Shown here: piece after piece, positions 30,803 to 41,223 of the stretch | Layout of the letters: each line of letters opens with the position of its first letter | How positions within the stretch are numbered: position 1 is the first letter of the stretch | Source: Candidatus Eiseniibacteriota bacterium | Lineage (GTDB): Bacteria; Eisenbacteria; RBG-16-71-46 | NCBI GenBank assembly: GCA_963744995.1 | Contig: CAVUWA010000005.1 | Coordinates: forward strand, 128,001-192,000 | Direction of reading: 5' to 3' | DNA length: 64,000 bases | Translations under genes and position numbers: made by a program | The notes under the pieces: model-generated | What the model was told of the DNA's origin: nothing | What the model saw: only the letters and a program-made list of their open reading frames with translations | The model's database searches: none

Positions 30803-33558
30803 CGCACCGCCTCGCGGCGGGCGGCCGCGCCGCGCCCGGCGCGCGGCACCGCGGCCGGCTCGAACGCTTCGTCGATGAGCGCCTTCTCCTGCTCCACGTG
30901 CCGCTGGTAGTAGCCCGTCGCCGGACTCGCCGCCGAGGATCGCGCCACCAGGCGCAGCGCGGCCTCCGCGGGCAGCACCGCCTCCAGGCGGTGCCGGATC
31001 GCGCGCCACGCCCCCATGTTGGCCGGCTCCTCCTGCACCCAGCGCACGTCGGCCGCCGCCGGGAACCGCTCGAGAATCGCCGCGAGCTCGCGGCCCGGGA
31101 ACGGATAGAGCTGCTCCACCCGCACCAGCGCGGTGTCCGAGGTGCTGCGCTCGTCGCGCGCCTCGAGCAGCGAGTAGTAGAGCTTGCCGGAGACCAGCAG
31201 CACGCGATGGATCTCACGCGGGTCCCGCACGGTGACGTCGTCGAGGACGGTCTCGAACGCGCCTTCGGTGAGTGCCTTCACCGGCGAGACCGCGGCACGG
31301 TGCCGGAGCAGGCTCTTCGGGCTCGTGATCACCAGGGGTTTCCTGAACGCGCGGTGGATCTGGCGGCGCAGCGCGTGAAACAGCTGGGCCGGCGTCGTCA
31401 GATTGCAGACCTGCATGTTGCCGTTCGCGCACAGCTCGAGGAAGCGCTCGAGGCGCGCGCTCGAGTGCTCGGGCCCCTGCCCCTCGTAGCCGTGCGGCAG
31501 CAGCAGAGCGATACCGGTCATGCGCCCCCACTTGCTCTCGGCACTGGCGATGAACTGATCGATGTAGACCTGCGCGACGTTGGCGAAGTCGCCGAACTGC
31601 GCTTCCCACACCGTGAGCGTGTTCGGGTCGGCGACGCTGTAGCCGTACTCGAAGCCGAGCGCGGCGGCCTCGCTGAGCATGGTGTCGATGAGGTCGAAGC
31701 GTCCCTGGGTCTCGCCGAGGTGCTGGAGCGGCACGTAAGCGTGTCCGTCCTCCGCGTCGCGCAGCCGCGCGTGCCGATGCGAGAACGTGCCGCGCCCGGT
31801 ATCCTGGCCGGACATGCGCACGCCGTAACCCTCGGCGAGCAGCGTGCCCAGCGCCAGCGCTTCGCCAAGGCCCCAGTCGATCCGGTCCTCGGCGATCATG
31901 CGACGCCGCTCCTCGTTGAGCGAACCGACCTTGCGGTGCGGGTGGAAGCCCTCGGGCACGCGGGTGAGCGCTTCCATCACCCGGTCGAGCGCCTCGCGCG
32001 ACACCCTGGTCTGCGCGCTCCAATCGTCGCCCGCCCACTGCATCCCCTTCCACGCCCCCTCGGGCGCGCCACGATCCGCGCGCGCGTCCGGCTCGGCGTT
32101 GGCGCGCTCGTGCGCGGCGCGCAGCATCCCCGCCTGGGCTTCGCGAATCGCCTCGAGGCGGGCCTCGTCGATCGCGCCCTCGGCCACGAGCCGTTCCGCG
32201 TAGCGTTGCGAGATCGGCACGTGGGCGGCGATCTTGCGGTACATGACCGGCTGCGTGTAGGTCGGATCGTCCATTTCGTTGTGGCCGTACTTGCGGTAGC
32301 AGATCAGGTCCACGAACACGTCGCGCTTGAACTTCTCGCGGTAGGCGACCGCGATCTGCATCACGTGCGCCGCGGCCTCCGGATCGTCGCCGTTGACGTG
32401 GAACACCGGCGCTTCGATGACGCGCGCGATGTCCGTCGCGTAGCGCGTGACACGTGCGTCCTCGGGCGAGGTCGTGAAGCCGATCTGATTATTGACCACG
32501 ACGTGGATCGTGCCGCCGGTGAAATAGGGCGGCAGCTGGGAGAGCATGAGGGTTTCGGGCACGATGCCCTCGCCGGCGAGCGCGGCGTCGCCGTGGATCA
32601 GCACCGGCACCCCGCGCTGCCCCGCCGGGTCCTCCATCCGAATCTGGCGCGCGCGCAGCGACCCCAGCACGACCGGATTCACGAACTCGAGGTGGCTCGG
32701 GTTGTAGTGCATGCTGAGGTAGATCGGCGTGCCGGACTGGGACTCGTGCTGGCGCCAGTAGCCGAGATGATACTTGACGTCGCCGTGGCCGATCGTCTCG
32801 CCGCGCGCGGCGCTGGCCTCGAACTCGCCGAAGATCATTTCGAGCGGCTTGCCGATCACGTTGGCGAGCACGTTGAGCCGGCCGCGGTGCGGCATGCCGA
32901 TGATCAGCTGTTCGACGCCGAGCGATGCGGCCCCTTCGATCATCGTGTGCAGCATCGGGATCAGCGTCGCGCCGCCCTCCAGGGAGAAGCGCTTCTGCCC
33001 GACGTACTTGACGTGCAGGAAGTGCTCGAAGGCATCCGCCATCATCAGCTGCTCGAGGATCCGGATCCGTTCGTCGGCCGAGAATTCGGGATGGTTGCGG
33101 CGTCGCTCCATCTGGCTCATGAGCCATTCGCGCTGTTCGCGGTCCGGAATCTCCATGTACTCGGCGCCGATCGTGCCGCAGTACGTTTCGCGCAGAACCT
33201 CGCGCAGCTCGCGCAGGGTGCCCTGGAAATCGGCCTGCAGCGCCGAGGCGTCCGCCTCGTGGTCGAGGTCCTGATCGGAAAGGCCGACCGCGGACAGCTC
33301 GAGCAGCGGATGCGTGCGGACGTTGTCGCCGAGCGGGTCGAGCCGGGCCACGAGGTGGCCGAATTCGCGGTACGCCATGATCAGCGCGTAGGCGCCGCCG
33401 CTCTGGGGCCCGCCGCCGGGCCGGCCGGCGAACTCGAACCCCGCGAAGAACGCCGCCCACTCGTCCGGCACCGACGCCGGGTCCTGACGGAAGCGGGCGA
33501 GCATGCTCTCGATGTACGAGGCGTTCGCCCTCTGCACGAAATCGAAGCGGTGACCCAT
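30799..33558 (-). CDS. sucA: 2-oxoglutarate dehydrogenase E1
   Basis: Start ATG 33558; KRFSLEG, GMPHRGRLN, GDVKYH, HGDAA, WEAQFGDF, PEHSSARLERFL. Confidence 0.97.
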   Translation of the reverse strand: MGHRFDFVQRANASYIESMLARFRQDPASVPDEWAAFFAGFEFAGRPGGGPQSGGAYALIMAYREFGHLVARLDPLGDNVRTHPLLELSAVGLSDQDLDHEADASALQADFQGTLRELREVLRETYCGTIGAEYMEIPDREQREWLMSQMERRRNHPEFSADERIRILEQLMMADAFEHFLHVKYVGQKRFSLEGGATLIPMLHTMIEGAASLGVEQLIIGMPHRGRLNVLANVIGKPLEMIFGEFEASAARGETIGHGDVKYHLGYWRQHESQSGTPIYLSMHYNPSHLEFVNPVVLGSLRARQIRMEDPAGQRGVPVLIHGDAALAGEGIVPETLMLSQLPPYFTGGTIHVVVNNQIGFTTSPEDARVTRYATDIARVIEAPVFHVNGDDPEAAAHVMQIAVAYREKFKRDVFVDLICYRKYGHNEMDDPTYTQPVMYRKIAAHVPISQRYAERLVAEGAIDEARLEAIREAQAGMLRAAHERANAEPDARADRGAPEGAWKGMQWAGDDWSAQTRVSREALDRVMEALTRVPEGFHPHRKVGSLNEERRRMIAEDRIDWGLGEALALGTLLAEGYGVRMSGQDTGRGTFSHRHARLRDAEDGHAYVPLQHLGETQGRFDLIDTMLSEAAALGFEYGYSVADPNTLTVWEAQFGDFANVAQVYIDQFIASAESKWGRMTGIALLLPHGYEGQGPEHSSARLERFLELCANGNMQVCNLTTPAQLFHALRRQIHRAFRKPLVITSPKSLLRHRAAVSPVKALTEGAFETVLDDVTVRDPREIHRVLLVSGKLYYSLLEARDERSTSDTALVRVEQLYPFPGRELAAILERFPAAADVRWVQEEPANMGAWRAIRHRLEAVLPAEAALRLVARSSAASPATGYYQRHVEQEKALIDEAFEPAAVPRAGRGAAARREAVR

Positions 33559-33689
33559 GAATCTCCCGATGCGCCTGCGGCCGGAACGATGCCCGTGCCC
33601 ATAAGGGCAGAAGGAGCCGGAGGTTATCACATGCGCCGGAGGCGGTGGAGCGGCCGCGCGCCGCGCGGCGGGCCCATGGCGCGCCTCCG

Positions 33690-34493
33690 TCAGGAGGTTT
33701 TCGGCGGGACGCGGGCGGGACTTGCGGCCGTGAGCCGCATGAACAGCGCGGCAAGGAGCAGTGCCACCGAGCCGGTGCGCACGGCGCCGGCCATGCCGTG
33801 CCAGATGAAGCGCCGCACCGCCCACAGTCCCCCCGGGGCGGTGTCGGCGTGGGCGAGCCCGGCGTGCAGCCCGACGGCGACGGTGGGCGCCACGATCAGC
33901 GCCGCCAGGAGCACGCGCTGCAGGACCCGTGCCGGGCGCACCCCCGCCGCCGCAGGGACCGTCCGCAGGGGGCGTGCCCGCCACCTCCGCCACAGGATCA
34001 GGCAGCCGAGCGCGGTGCTGAGGAGCTGCAGCACGCTGTAGACGTGCGCGGTGTAGCCAGCGGCCGAGAACAGCGGGGTGGCGAGGGCGGGCCACCACCC
34101 GGTGGCCGCTCCCGGATGGGTGAAGGCGTCCCAGACCAGATGCGTCACGCCGCCGGCGAGGATCGAGAGCACGACCGCCGCCGGGCCCGCCGCCGGCAGC
34201 CGCGCCCGCCACGCGGCGGGATCGAGCTTCGCCCGCACACGATCCGGCGCCAGCGCCCACACCAGCGGCGCCACCAGCAGATGGAACAGCAGGTAGGCGG
34301 CGAGCCCGGCCGGCAGGGCGAACACCAGGAGCCCGGCAGGCGAGTGGCTCTCGATGCGCGTCGGGCCCCATGGAAAAAAGTAGTGGAAGTCGGGCGCCAT
34401 CGTCCCGATCACCAGCGCCGACCAGACGGCGCGCCGTCCGAGCGGACGACGCAGCGGGATCGCAGCCACCGTGTGTGCGAGCGTGAACGGCAT
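33690..34493 (-). CDS. DUF4184 family membrane protein
   Basis: MPFTLAH..A..P, ALVIG.MAPD..YF, THLVWDAFTH. Confidence 0.85.
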   Translation of the reverse strand: MPFTLAHTVAAIPLRRPLGRRAVWSALVIGTMAPDFHYFFPWGPTRIESHSPAGLLVFALPAGLAAYLLFHLLVAPLVWALAPDRVRAKLDPAAWRARLPAAGPAAVVLSILAGGVTHLVWDAFTHPGAATGWWPALATPLFSAAGYTAHVYSVLQLLSTALGCLILWRRWRARPLRTVPAAAGVRPARVLQRVLLAALIVAPTVAVGLHAGLAHADTAPGGLWAVRRFIWHGMAGAVRTGSVALLLAALFMRLTAASPARVPPKTS

Positions 34494-34584
34494 CGAACCC
34501 CCTGGAATGCAGATGCGGGGCGCGTTCCCGCGCCCCGCATGCCATACGCCCGGCCGCTCCGCCGGGTTCCCGTCGATCGGCGTT

Positions 34585-35631
34585 TCAGCGCCCGGCCCGG
34601 ATCCTCACCGCCCCGTCGCCCGGCGCGTCGGCCTCGACCACGACCTGCTCACGCACCCGCACCGGATCCCCTACCAGGTAGGGCCGCATGCCCTCATGGA
34701 CCGCGCGGGCGAGCGCGTCGGCGCGCGCATGCGTGCGCGCGGTCGCGGTGATCTCGACCTTCGCGGTGGCCGGCATCTGGTTGACCCAGGTCGCCGCCTC
34801 GACGATGCGGGCATCCACCCGGGCGGTCTCGCCGAAACGTCCGGCGCTCTCGCCCAGCCCCGCCCCGGGCAGGGCCAGCAGCACCTGATCGTCGTCCATC
34901 ACCCGGTACGCAGGCACCTCGAAACCGTCACCGACAAAATGCCGCTTGTTGCCGGCCCGGTCGCGCGCCTCGAGCACGTAGGAATAGGTGAGACCCGGCA
35001 CGGCCGCCGCACCCTGCGGGTCGCGGCCGTCCCAGTCGATTTCCTTCGGCGGCCGGCCCTTGCCCTGGAAACGCGCCGCCGTGCGGCCGCGTGCGTCCGT
35101 GACCGTCAGCGTCCAGGTGGCGACGTCCGTCACATCGGGGCGGAACCGCGCGACCGGGCCGGTCTCGTACCCGTCGAGCCAGGTCCGCGCGGTGCGCTCC
35201 GAGGGTGTCTGCGGCACCGCGTCGAGCAGCGCGCGATCGAGGTCCGGCACCGTGCGGTCGAGGACGTCCGCCGCACCGCCGAGATCGAGCCCGGGGGCGC
35301 TCGCCGGATCGAGGTCGAGCTTGAGCGCCGGACGCTGAATGTCGAGATGGATGCGGTCCTCGCCTTCGACGGTCAGCGTGTGGAACACCGTTCCCGGCGT
35401 GCCGCCCTCGAGCGTCAGGTCCTTCTTCGCCGGCTTCCCGCCCGGCACCGGCGTGTCGTCGCCGCCGCTCACGCGTTCGGGCGTCTTCGCCGCTCCGGCC
35501 TTCCCGGGAACGGCCGTCCCCCACGCCGGTCCCGCGGCGAGCAGCAGCGCCGCGATCAGCGCGACCGGAGCGAGCGCACCCTGCGTCCGCCCGCGGCGCG
35601 GCGTCATCGGCCGTTCGTCATCGTGATGCAT
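34585..35631 (-). CDS. Exported protein with a FlgD-Ig-like domain and a possible degenerate OmpA-like C-terminus
   Basis: Signal peptide (start may be 35607); WTLTV.D..G....F.G.G.PP..I.WDG.D..G......Y.Y.L...D.AGN; C-terminal assignment tentative. Confidence 0.65.
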   Translation of the reverse strand: MHHDDERPMTPRRGRTQGALAPVALIAALLLAAGPAWGTAVPGKAGAAKTPERVSGGDDTPVPGGKPAKKDLTLEGGTPGTVFHTLTVEGEDRIHLDIQRPALKLDLDPASAPGLDLGGAADVLDRTVPDLDRALLDAVPQTPSERTARTWLDGYETGPVARFRPDVTDVATWTLTVTDARGRTAARFQGKGRPPKEIDWDGRDPQGAAAVPGLTYSYVLEARDRAGNKRHFVGDGFEVPAYRVMDDDQVLLALPGAGLGESAGRFGETARVDARIVEAATWVNQMPATAKVEITATARTHARADALARAVHEGMRPYLVGDPVRVREQVVVEADAPGDGAVRIRAGR

Positions 35632-35641
35632 GACTCCTCCT

Positions 35642-36556
35642 TCAGCCGGCGTCGCGCAGCCGGAACTGGAACGTGATCGTGCCCCACTGTTCGCCGGTAC
35701 GTCCGGCGTGCAGGGGCTGGAAGCGCCACTCCCTGAGCGCGGCCACCGCGCTCTGGTCGAAGTCGTCGAATCCGGCGGTCTTCTCGACCAGGATGTTCTC
35801 CTTGATCGAGCCGTCCGCGCGCACGTAGAAGCGCAGCGTCACCGTGCCCTCCACCGCCTCTCCCTTCGCCCACTCCGGATAGACGGGCGTCACGCTGTGG
35901 AGAATCGGACGGTCCGCGACCGGTCCGGCGAGCCGCGCGCCCGCGAGCTGCCGGGTGGCCCCGCTCGCGCGCGCCGGTGCTTCCGGCTCGCTGTGTTTCG
36001 TCACCTTCGCGATCGTCGCCGCGTCGAGGCGCGCGGCCTTGACCGGCGCGCCGCGATCCAGTGACAGCGGGGCGCGCGCCGGTGCGCCGCGCTCGAGCGC
36101 CATGGGGGCCGAGGGTGCAGGCCCCGTGGACGGCGCGCCGGCCGCCGACCAGCGCGACGACACGGGCGGCGTCGCGGCGGCCACGACCGCATTCGACTCG
36201 GACGAGCGCAGACGGTCGAGCCGCGCCGCGATGCGGTCGGCGAGCGCGAAGTCGGACTGCGGCTCGGGCGCGACGTCGGCCTCCGGCGCCGCGCGGCGGA
36301 AGCGCTCCTGCGTTTCGGCCGGCTGCGGCGCGGGGCGCACCGGTGCCGGCGCCATGACCGCGGCCACGGGCGAGGCGACCTCGGCCGACGTCATGTAGTC
36401 GATCTCGGTGAGCGGCAACCCGCCCCCCACCTGCGGCTGCTGCATGAGCAGCCACGCGATGACGGCGGCGTGCAGCACCACGCTCAGCAGCATGGAGCCG
36501 GACGTGCGGCGGCGGTCGCCGCGCCGGGGCGTGAGAACGGCGGCGGGCGCGCTCAC
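35642..36556 (-). CDS. TonB family energy transducer
   Basis: TM helix with SVVLH, Pro/Ala-rich linker, PVYPEWA...EGTV.L.F.V..DG..FD..A..A...WRF.P. Confidence 0.9.
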   Translation of the reverse strand: MSAPAAVLTPRRGDRRRTSGSMLLSVVLHAAVIAWLLMQQPQVGGGLPLTEIDYMTSAEVASPVAAVMAPAPVRPAPQPAETQERFRRAAPEADVAPEPQSDFALADRIAARLDRLRSSESNAVVAAATPPVSSRWSAAGAPSTGPAPSAPMALERGAPARAPLSLDRGAPVKAARLDAATIAKVTKHSEPEAPARASGATRQLAGARLAGPVADRPILHSVTPVYPEWAKGEAVEGTVTLRFYVRADGSIKENILVEKTAGFDDFDQSAVAALREWRFQPLHAGRTGEQWGTITFQFRLRDAG

Positions 36557-36975
36557 GATCCGTCCGCTCCACTCTGCCGGGTGGCGATGGCGAGCCGCGT
36601 GGCGCCCGCCGCGCGAGCGTCGTCGAGCGCGCTGCGGATCTGAGAGTACGGCAGTGTCGCGTCCGCCCGGATCACCACCAGGACGTCGTGGCCGGCGTCC
36701 TCCTTGAGCCGGGCGGCGAGCGCCGAAGCCAGGTCGGCGCGGGCGATCTCCTGATCGTCGATCGCCGTCTGCCCCTGCACGTCCAGGGTGATGCTGATGT
36801 TGCGCTCGTCCTCGAGCCCGCGCGTCCGGGCCGCCGGCAGCTGCACCGGCAGGTCGGCGACGGACAGCATCGGTGCGGTCACCAGCAGGATGATGACCAG
36901 CACCAGCGCCACGTCGATGATCGGCGTCAGATTGGTCTTCGTGATCGGCCCGGACGTGCCCGTGTTCGCTCCCAC
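36553..36975 (-). CDS. exbD: ExbD/TolR family protein (copy 2)
   Basis: GTG start; NLTPIIDVALVLVIILLV, V.LP.A, IRAD. Confidence 0.9.
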   Translation of the reverse strand: MGANTGTSGPITKTNLTPIIDVALVLVIILLVTAPMLSVADLPVQLPAARTRGLEDERNISITLDVQGQTAIDDQEIARADLASALAARLKEDAGHDVLVVIRADATLPYSQIRSALDDARAAGATRLAIATRQSGADGS

Positions 36976-36976
36976 G

Positions 36977-37384
36977 CTACCTCCCCACCACGGCGATGCG
37001 CGCGGCGCCGTGCAGCCGCGCCTCGTCGATCGCATGGACGAAGTCACCGTGCGGCACCTGGTCCTCGCAGCGCACGACGACCAGACGGCTCGAGCTTGCG
37101 CGCAGCGCTTCGTCGAGCGCTGCCGGCAGCAGTCCGGTGTCGATCCGCCGGCGGTTGACGGTGATGTCACCGTCCGCGTGCAGCGTCATCTCCACGCGGT
37201 CGGCATCGGCGTTCTTCTTCGCGCTGCGCGCGCTCGCACTCGCCGAATTCACGAGGAAGCTCGACTGCAGCGCGAGTGGTGTCGCCACCAGCAGGATCAC
37301 GACGAGCACCAGCGAGACGTCGATGAGCGGTGTCAGATTGGCTTCATGGATACCGTGTTCGCTGCGCCGATCCTGGCGTGCCAT
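36977..37384 (-). CDS. exbD: ExbD/TolR family protein (copy 1)
   Basis: NLTPLIDVSLVLVVILLV with the conserved Asp. Confidence 0.9.
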   Translation of the reverse strand: MARQDRRSEHGIHEANLTPLIDVSLVLVVILLVATPLALQSSFLVNSASASARSAKKNADADRVEMTLHADGDITVNRRRIDTGLLPAALDEALRASSSRLVVVRCEDQVPHGDFVHAIDEARLHGAARIAVVGR

Positions 37385-37392
37385 CGCCCCTC

Positions 37393-38100
37393 CTAGGCCG
37401 CCCGTGCCGCAGGCGCGAGCTCGACACGCTCGGCCGCGGTCGCGCCCGATCGGGGTGGGGTGTCCTGATCCACGCTCACGGCATCGGGCTGCGACAGCGC
37501 CAGACGCAGGGTGCGTGCGTGGTTCTCGGTCACGGTGAGCGTCACGCCGATGCGGCGCACGAAGTAGTTGTAGAGCATGACCGCGGGCACCGCGACGATG
37601 AGGCCGAGGCCCGTGGTGACCAGCGCTTCCGCGACGCCGGCGGCGACCACGGAGGGTCCCGCGGAGCCGGTGTTGGCCATGTCATGGAACGCCCGCATGA
37701 TTCCCCACACGGTGCCGAGCAGGCCGATCAGCGGCGCGGTGTTGCCCATGGTGCCGAGCAGGCCGAGGTTCCTCTCCATCTCCATGCGCGAATCGCTCAG
37801 CGCGATCTGCAGCTTCTCCTCCTGTGCGGCGGGCGGCAGATTCGCACTGCGGATCACCTCACCCGCCACCGCGCCGAACGGATGATCAGCCGTGCGGCAC
37901 GACCAGATCGCCTCACGCAGATGACCGGCACGGACGTGTTCGAGTGCGCCCGCCAGCAGGCGGTCCGGACGGCCGCGACGCTTCCAGAAGTACAGCAGGC
38001 GTTCGATTGCGAAACCGAACGTCAGCACGCTGCAGACGAGCAGCGCGATCATGATGGGACTGCCACGCATCGCCCCGATCCAGTCGAAGTTCTCGAACAT
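37393..38100 (-). CDS. exbB: MotA/TolQ/ExbB proton channel protein
   Basis: APLIGLLGTVWGIM.AF, GVAEALVTT.LGL.VAVPA. Confidence 0.92.
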   Translation of the reverse strand: MFENFDWIGAMRGSPIMIALLVCSVLTFGFAIERLLYFWKRRGRPDRLLAGALEHVRAGHLREAIWSCRTADHPFGAVAGEVIRSANLPPAAQEEKLQIALSDSRMEMERNLGLLGTMGNTAPLIGLLGTVWGIMRAFHDMANTGSAGPSVVAAGVAEALVTTGLGLIVAVPAVMLYNYFVRRIGVTLTVTENHARTLRLALSQPDAVSVDQDTPPRSGATAAERVELAPAARAA

Positions 38101-38130
38101 CGCGTTTCCCCCTGGGTAGTTCGACGCCGC

Positions 38131-41100
38131 CTAACGGCGGGCCTTGCCACGTCCCGCGGCTTCCAGCTGCGTGACGCGATCGGTGGCGGCCGCCACCAGT
38201 TCCTCGTCCCGGGCGTGCCGGACGATGTCCCGGTACGCCTCGAGCGCCTTCGCATAATCCTTTCGCGACTCGTACATGGCCGCGCTGCGCGCGAGCGCCG
38301 ACAGCCGGTACGGATCGTCCTTGTCGGCAGCCGCGACGGCACGTGCGTACGACTGGAGCGCCGCATCGGCATCGCCCTGCTGCTCGCGGCAGCGGCCGAG
38401 CCGGAACGCCAGCTCGGTCTTGAGCGCCGCGCCCGGATGCGCCGCCAGGGCGTGCTCGTAGGCTTCGACCGCGGCGTCGAGCTCGCCGGCGGCTTCGTCG
38501 AGGTCGCCGAGCTGGGTCGCCGCCTGCGCGGTGCGCTTGTCGCCGGGGAATTCGCGCAGGTGCCGCTCGAGCGCCTTGCGCGCGGCCGGCACGTCGCCCA
38601 GCTCGCGGTGACACAGCGCCAGGTTGTAGAGCGCCGCGCTGCGCACGTCGTCCGGCAGGCTGTCGGCCGCGGCGCCCTCGAACGCGACCGCCGCTTCGAG
38701 GTACTCCTTCGCCTGGAAGCGCACGAGGCCGAGCCGGAACTGCACCATCGGCACGAGTTCGCTGTTCGGGAAGTAGGCGACGAACTGCTCCCAGCCGCGG
38801 CGGGCTTGGTCTTCGAGCCCGGCCTGCGCGCACGCGTCGGCCATCATGTACTGTGCCTGGTCGGCGGCCGAGTAGGACGGGAACTGCGTGACCACGCGCC
38901 GGAACGCCTCGGCCGCCTCGCTCCACTGCTTCGCGTCGTAGAGGCGACGTCCGATCTGGAACTGCGCGTCCGCGGCAAACGGGCTGCCGGGATAGGTCTC
39001 GACCAGATGGGCGAGGACCTTGGCGCCGTCCTCGCGCTGGCTCAACCGGTACAGCGAGCGCTCCACGCCGCGCCCCGCCTCGCGCCCGATCGGCGAATCA
39101 CCTTCACTCTGGACCAGCGCCGAAAAGCCCTCCAGCGCTTCGGCGTCGTGGCCGTCGTTGTAGTCGCACTGCGCGAGCCGCAGCCGCGCCAGCCCGGCGG
39201 CCGACGTCGCGGCGAAGTGGTCGAGCAGACCGTGGTAGGCGCGTCGTGCATCGTCGTAGCGTTCGGCCTGGAAGTAGAGATCACCGATGCGCGCCCACGC
39301 GCGCTCCGCGACCGGCACGCTCGCCGAGTCCGCCACCAGGGCTTCCCACCGATCCAGCGCATCGCCGGCGCGGTCCACGCGCAGATAGCAGAGTCCCACC
39401 TGGTAGAGCGCACTTGCCCGCCGCGGGTCGCCGGGGGCGCGCTGCAGGAAGTCCTCGTAGGCGGCCGCGGCATCCATGTAGCGCTTCTGGTTGAACCGCT
39501 CGTGCGCGATGTCGAGCAGCGCGGAGCGCACGGTCTCGCCGTCACCCTGCCGGCCGGCGCGAGCGAGCATCCGCTCCTCGATGGCGATCGCCAGGCTGTC
39601 GTTGCCGCTCTTCGAATGCACCCACGCCAGCAGCCGCGCGGCGCGCGCGCTCACCGGCTGGTCCGGGTAGTCGCGCATCAGCCGCTCGGTCACCGCGCGC
39701 GCCTCGTCGAGGCGCCCCTGCGAGGCCAGCGCATCGGCGTCGAACAGCAGCGCGTGCGCGCGCCACAGCGAACGGCTCGGCGGGAGCTTCTCGAGGAGCG
39801 CGTGCGGCGCCCCCGACATCTGACCGAGGTGGCCGGTGCGGTGATAGGCGAACAACAGCATGCACAGCGACGCGTCCACGAGCTCGGCATGCTCGGGCTT
39901 GGCGAACACGACGCTCCCCGCCGAGTCGCGTCGCGCCGCGTAGCGGTCGAGCACGAGCTGGAAGTAGGGCGCCGCCGCCATCGGCTTGTCCTGCGCGAGC
40001 AGACCGACCCCCGCCAGGTACGCCGCAGCCGGCGCCTCCGGTTCGGCCGGATAGCCGCGCACCACCGCCTGGTAGCTGCCGGTGGCGTCGCCCTGACGGC
40101 CGAGCGCGTCCAGGCAGCGCGCCACGCGGTACTGCGCGCTGGCCGCGACCGAATGCTGGAAGTACTTCGTGAGGACGCGGTTGTAGGCGACGATCGCCTC
40201 TTCCCGGCGTCCCATCGCAGCGAGCACCTCGCCGACCAGGAACTGGCCGCGCGCGGCGACGTCGCTGCCGTCCTCACGTGCGACCAGCGCGGTGAGCCGC
40301 GCCAGCGCCGTGTCGGGCTCGCCCGCCAGGAACTTCGCACCCGCGGCACGCAACTCGGCCTCGGCTTCGATCGCCGGCGTGTGCACGCGCTGGGCGACGC
40401 GGTCGAATGCCTCCGCCGCGCTGCGCGGGTCGCCCGCTTCGAGGAACACGTCCGCCTTGGCGAGCAGCGCCGGGTCACGCAGCGGCGAGTCCGGGAAGCG
40501 GTCCGCGACCTGCTGGAACGCGGCGGCCGCACGCAGGCGGTCGCCGGTCCTGGCCAGGCAGATCGCCGTCAGGAAGCGCGCCGCCGGCGTCTCCGGATCG
40601 GGGCCGAGCATCGCGAGGGCCGCGCGTGGGTCACCGGCGAGCGCGACGGCCATCGCGCGCGTGAGTACGGTGCGCGGCGCCGTCGCCATCCACGGCCACG
40701 TCTTCACCAGGCGCGCCAGGCGCGCGTTCGCGGCCTCGAGGTCGCCGCGACGCAGGTCGTTCCAGCTGCGGCGCAGCATCGCCTCGGCGGCCAGCGGCGA
40801 ATCGCCCCAGCGCTTCTCCCACTGCTTCCATTCGTGCTCGGCTTCGTCGGTCGCACCGGCGGCCTCGATCGCTTCGATCAGAGAAAATGCGGCATCGTCT
40901 TCCAGCGGACCCTTGCCGGTGCGCTTGAGGGCGCGCCGCAGCGGATCCTCGGCCTCGAGCGGACGGCCGAGCTCGAGCCGCACGCGGCCGAGCAGCGCGT
41001 CCGCACCGGCGCCGTCTTCCGCCTGTATCCGGCGCTCGAGATCCTCGAGCGCTTCCGTGCGCCGCGGCCCGGCGGCCGGCAGCTGTTCGAACTGCGGGCC

Positions 41101-41223
41101 CGGCGCGGGCGCCTGTGCGCCCGTCGCCGGGTCGGCGGCGGCCGGCCCGGCCAGCGCCAGCGCGGTGAGCGCCAGCGCGGCCAGCGGCGCGCGGTGGAGT
41201 GGGACCCGGGCGATCGAAATCAC
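38131..41223 (-). CDS. Exported ~1030-aa tetratricopeptide repeat protein (YbgF/BamD-like repeats)
   Basis: GTG 41223 overlaps the upstream stop; signal peptide; many A...(F/Y)..V...(F/Y)P.S...A repeats. Confidence 0.88.
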   Translation of the reverse strand: MISIARVPLHRAPLAALALTALALAGPAAADPATGAQAPAPGPQFEQLPAAGPRRTEALEDLERRIQAEDGAGADALLGRVRLELGRPLEAEDPLRRALKRTGKGPLEDDAAFSLIEAIEAAGATDEAEHEWKQWEKRWGDSPLAAEAMLRRSWNDLRRGDLEAANARLARLVKTWPWMATAPRTVLTRAMAVALAGDPRAALAMLGPDPETPAARFLTAICLARTGDRLRAAAAFQQVADRFPDSPLRDPALLAKADVFLEAGDPRSAAEAFDRVAQRVHTPAIEAEAELRAAGAKFLAGEPDTALARLTALVAREDGSDVAARGQFLVGEVLAAMGRREEAIVAYNRVLTKYFQHSVAASAQYRVARCLDALGRQGDATGSYQAVVRGYPAEPEAPAAAYLAGVGLLAQDKPMAAAPYFQLVLDRYAARRDSAGSVVFAKPEHAELVDASLCMLLFAYHRTGHLGQMSGAPHALLEKLPPSRSLWRAHALLFDADALASQGRLDEARAVTERLMRDYPDQPVSARAARLLAWVHSKSGNDSLAIAIEERMLARAGRQGDGETVRSALLDIAHERFNQKRYMDAAAAYEDFLQRAPGDPRRASALYQVGLCYLRVDRAGDALDRWEALVADSASVPVAERAWARIGDLYFQAERYDDARRAYHGLLDHFAATSAAGLARLRLAQCDYNDGHDAEALEGFSALVQSEGDSPIGREAGRGVERSLYRLSQREDGAKVLAHLVETYPGSPFAADAQFQIGRRLYDAKQWSEAAEAFRRVVTQFPSYSAADQAQYMMADACAQAGLEDQARRGWEQFVAYFPNSELVPMVQFRLGLVRFQAKEYLEAAVAFEGAAADSLPDDVRSAALYNLALCHRELGDVPAARKALERHLREFPGDKRTAQAATQLGDLDEAAGELDAAVEAYEHALAAHPGAALKTELAFRLGRCREQQGDADAALQSYARAVAAADKDDPYRLSALARSAAMYESRKDYAKALEAYRDIVRHARDEELVAAATDRVTQLEAAGRGKARR

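Noticed and set aside
27842..34041. Long + strand ORFs (27842-30910, 30898-34041)
   Set aside because: Antisense shadows of lpdA/sucB/sucA, typical of high-GC DNA; no recognisable motifs.
34585..38100. Calling the ExbB/ExbD/TonB genes a Tol-Pal system or a classical TonB uptake locus
   Set aside because: No TolB, Pal or TonB-dependent receptor in the operon.
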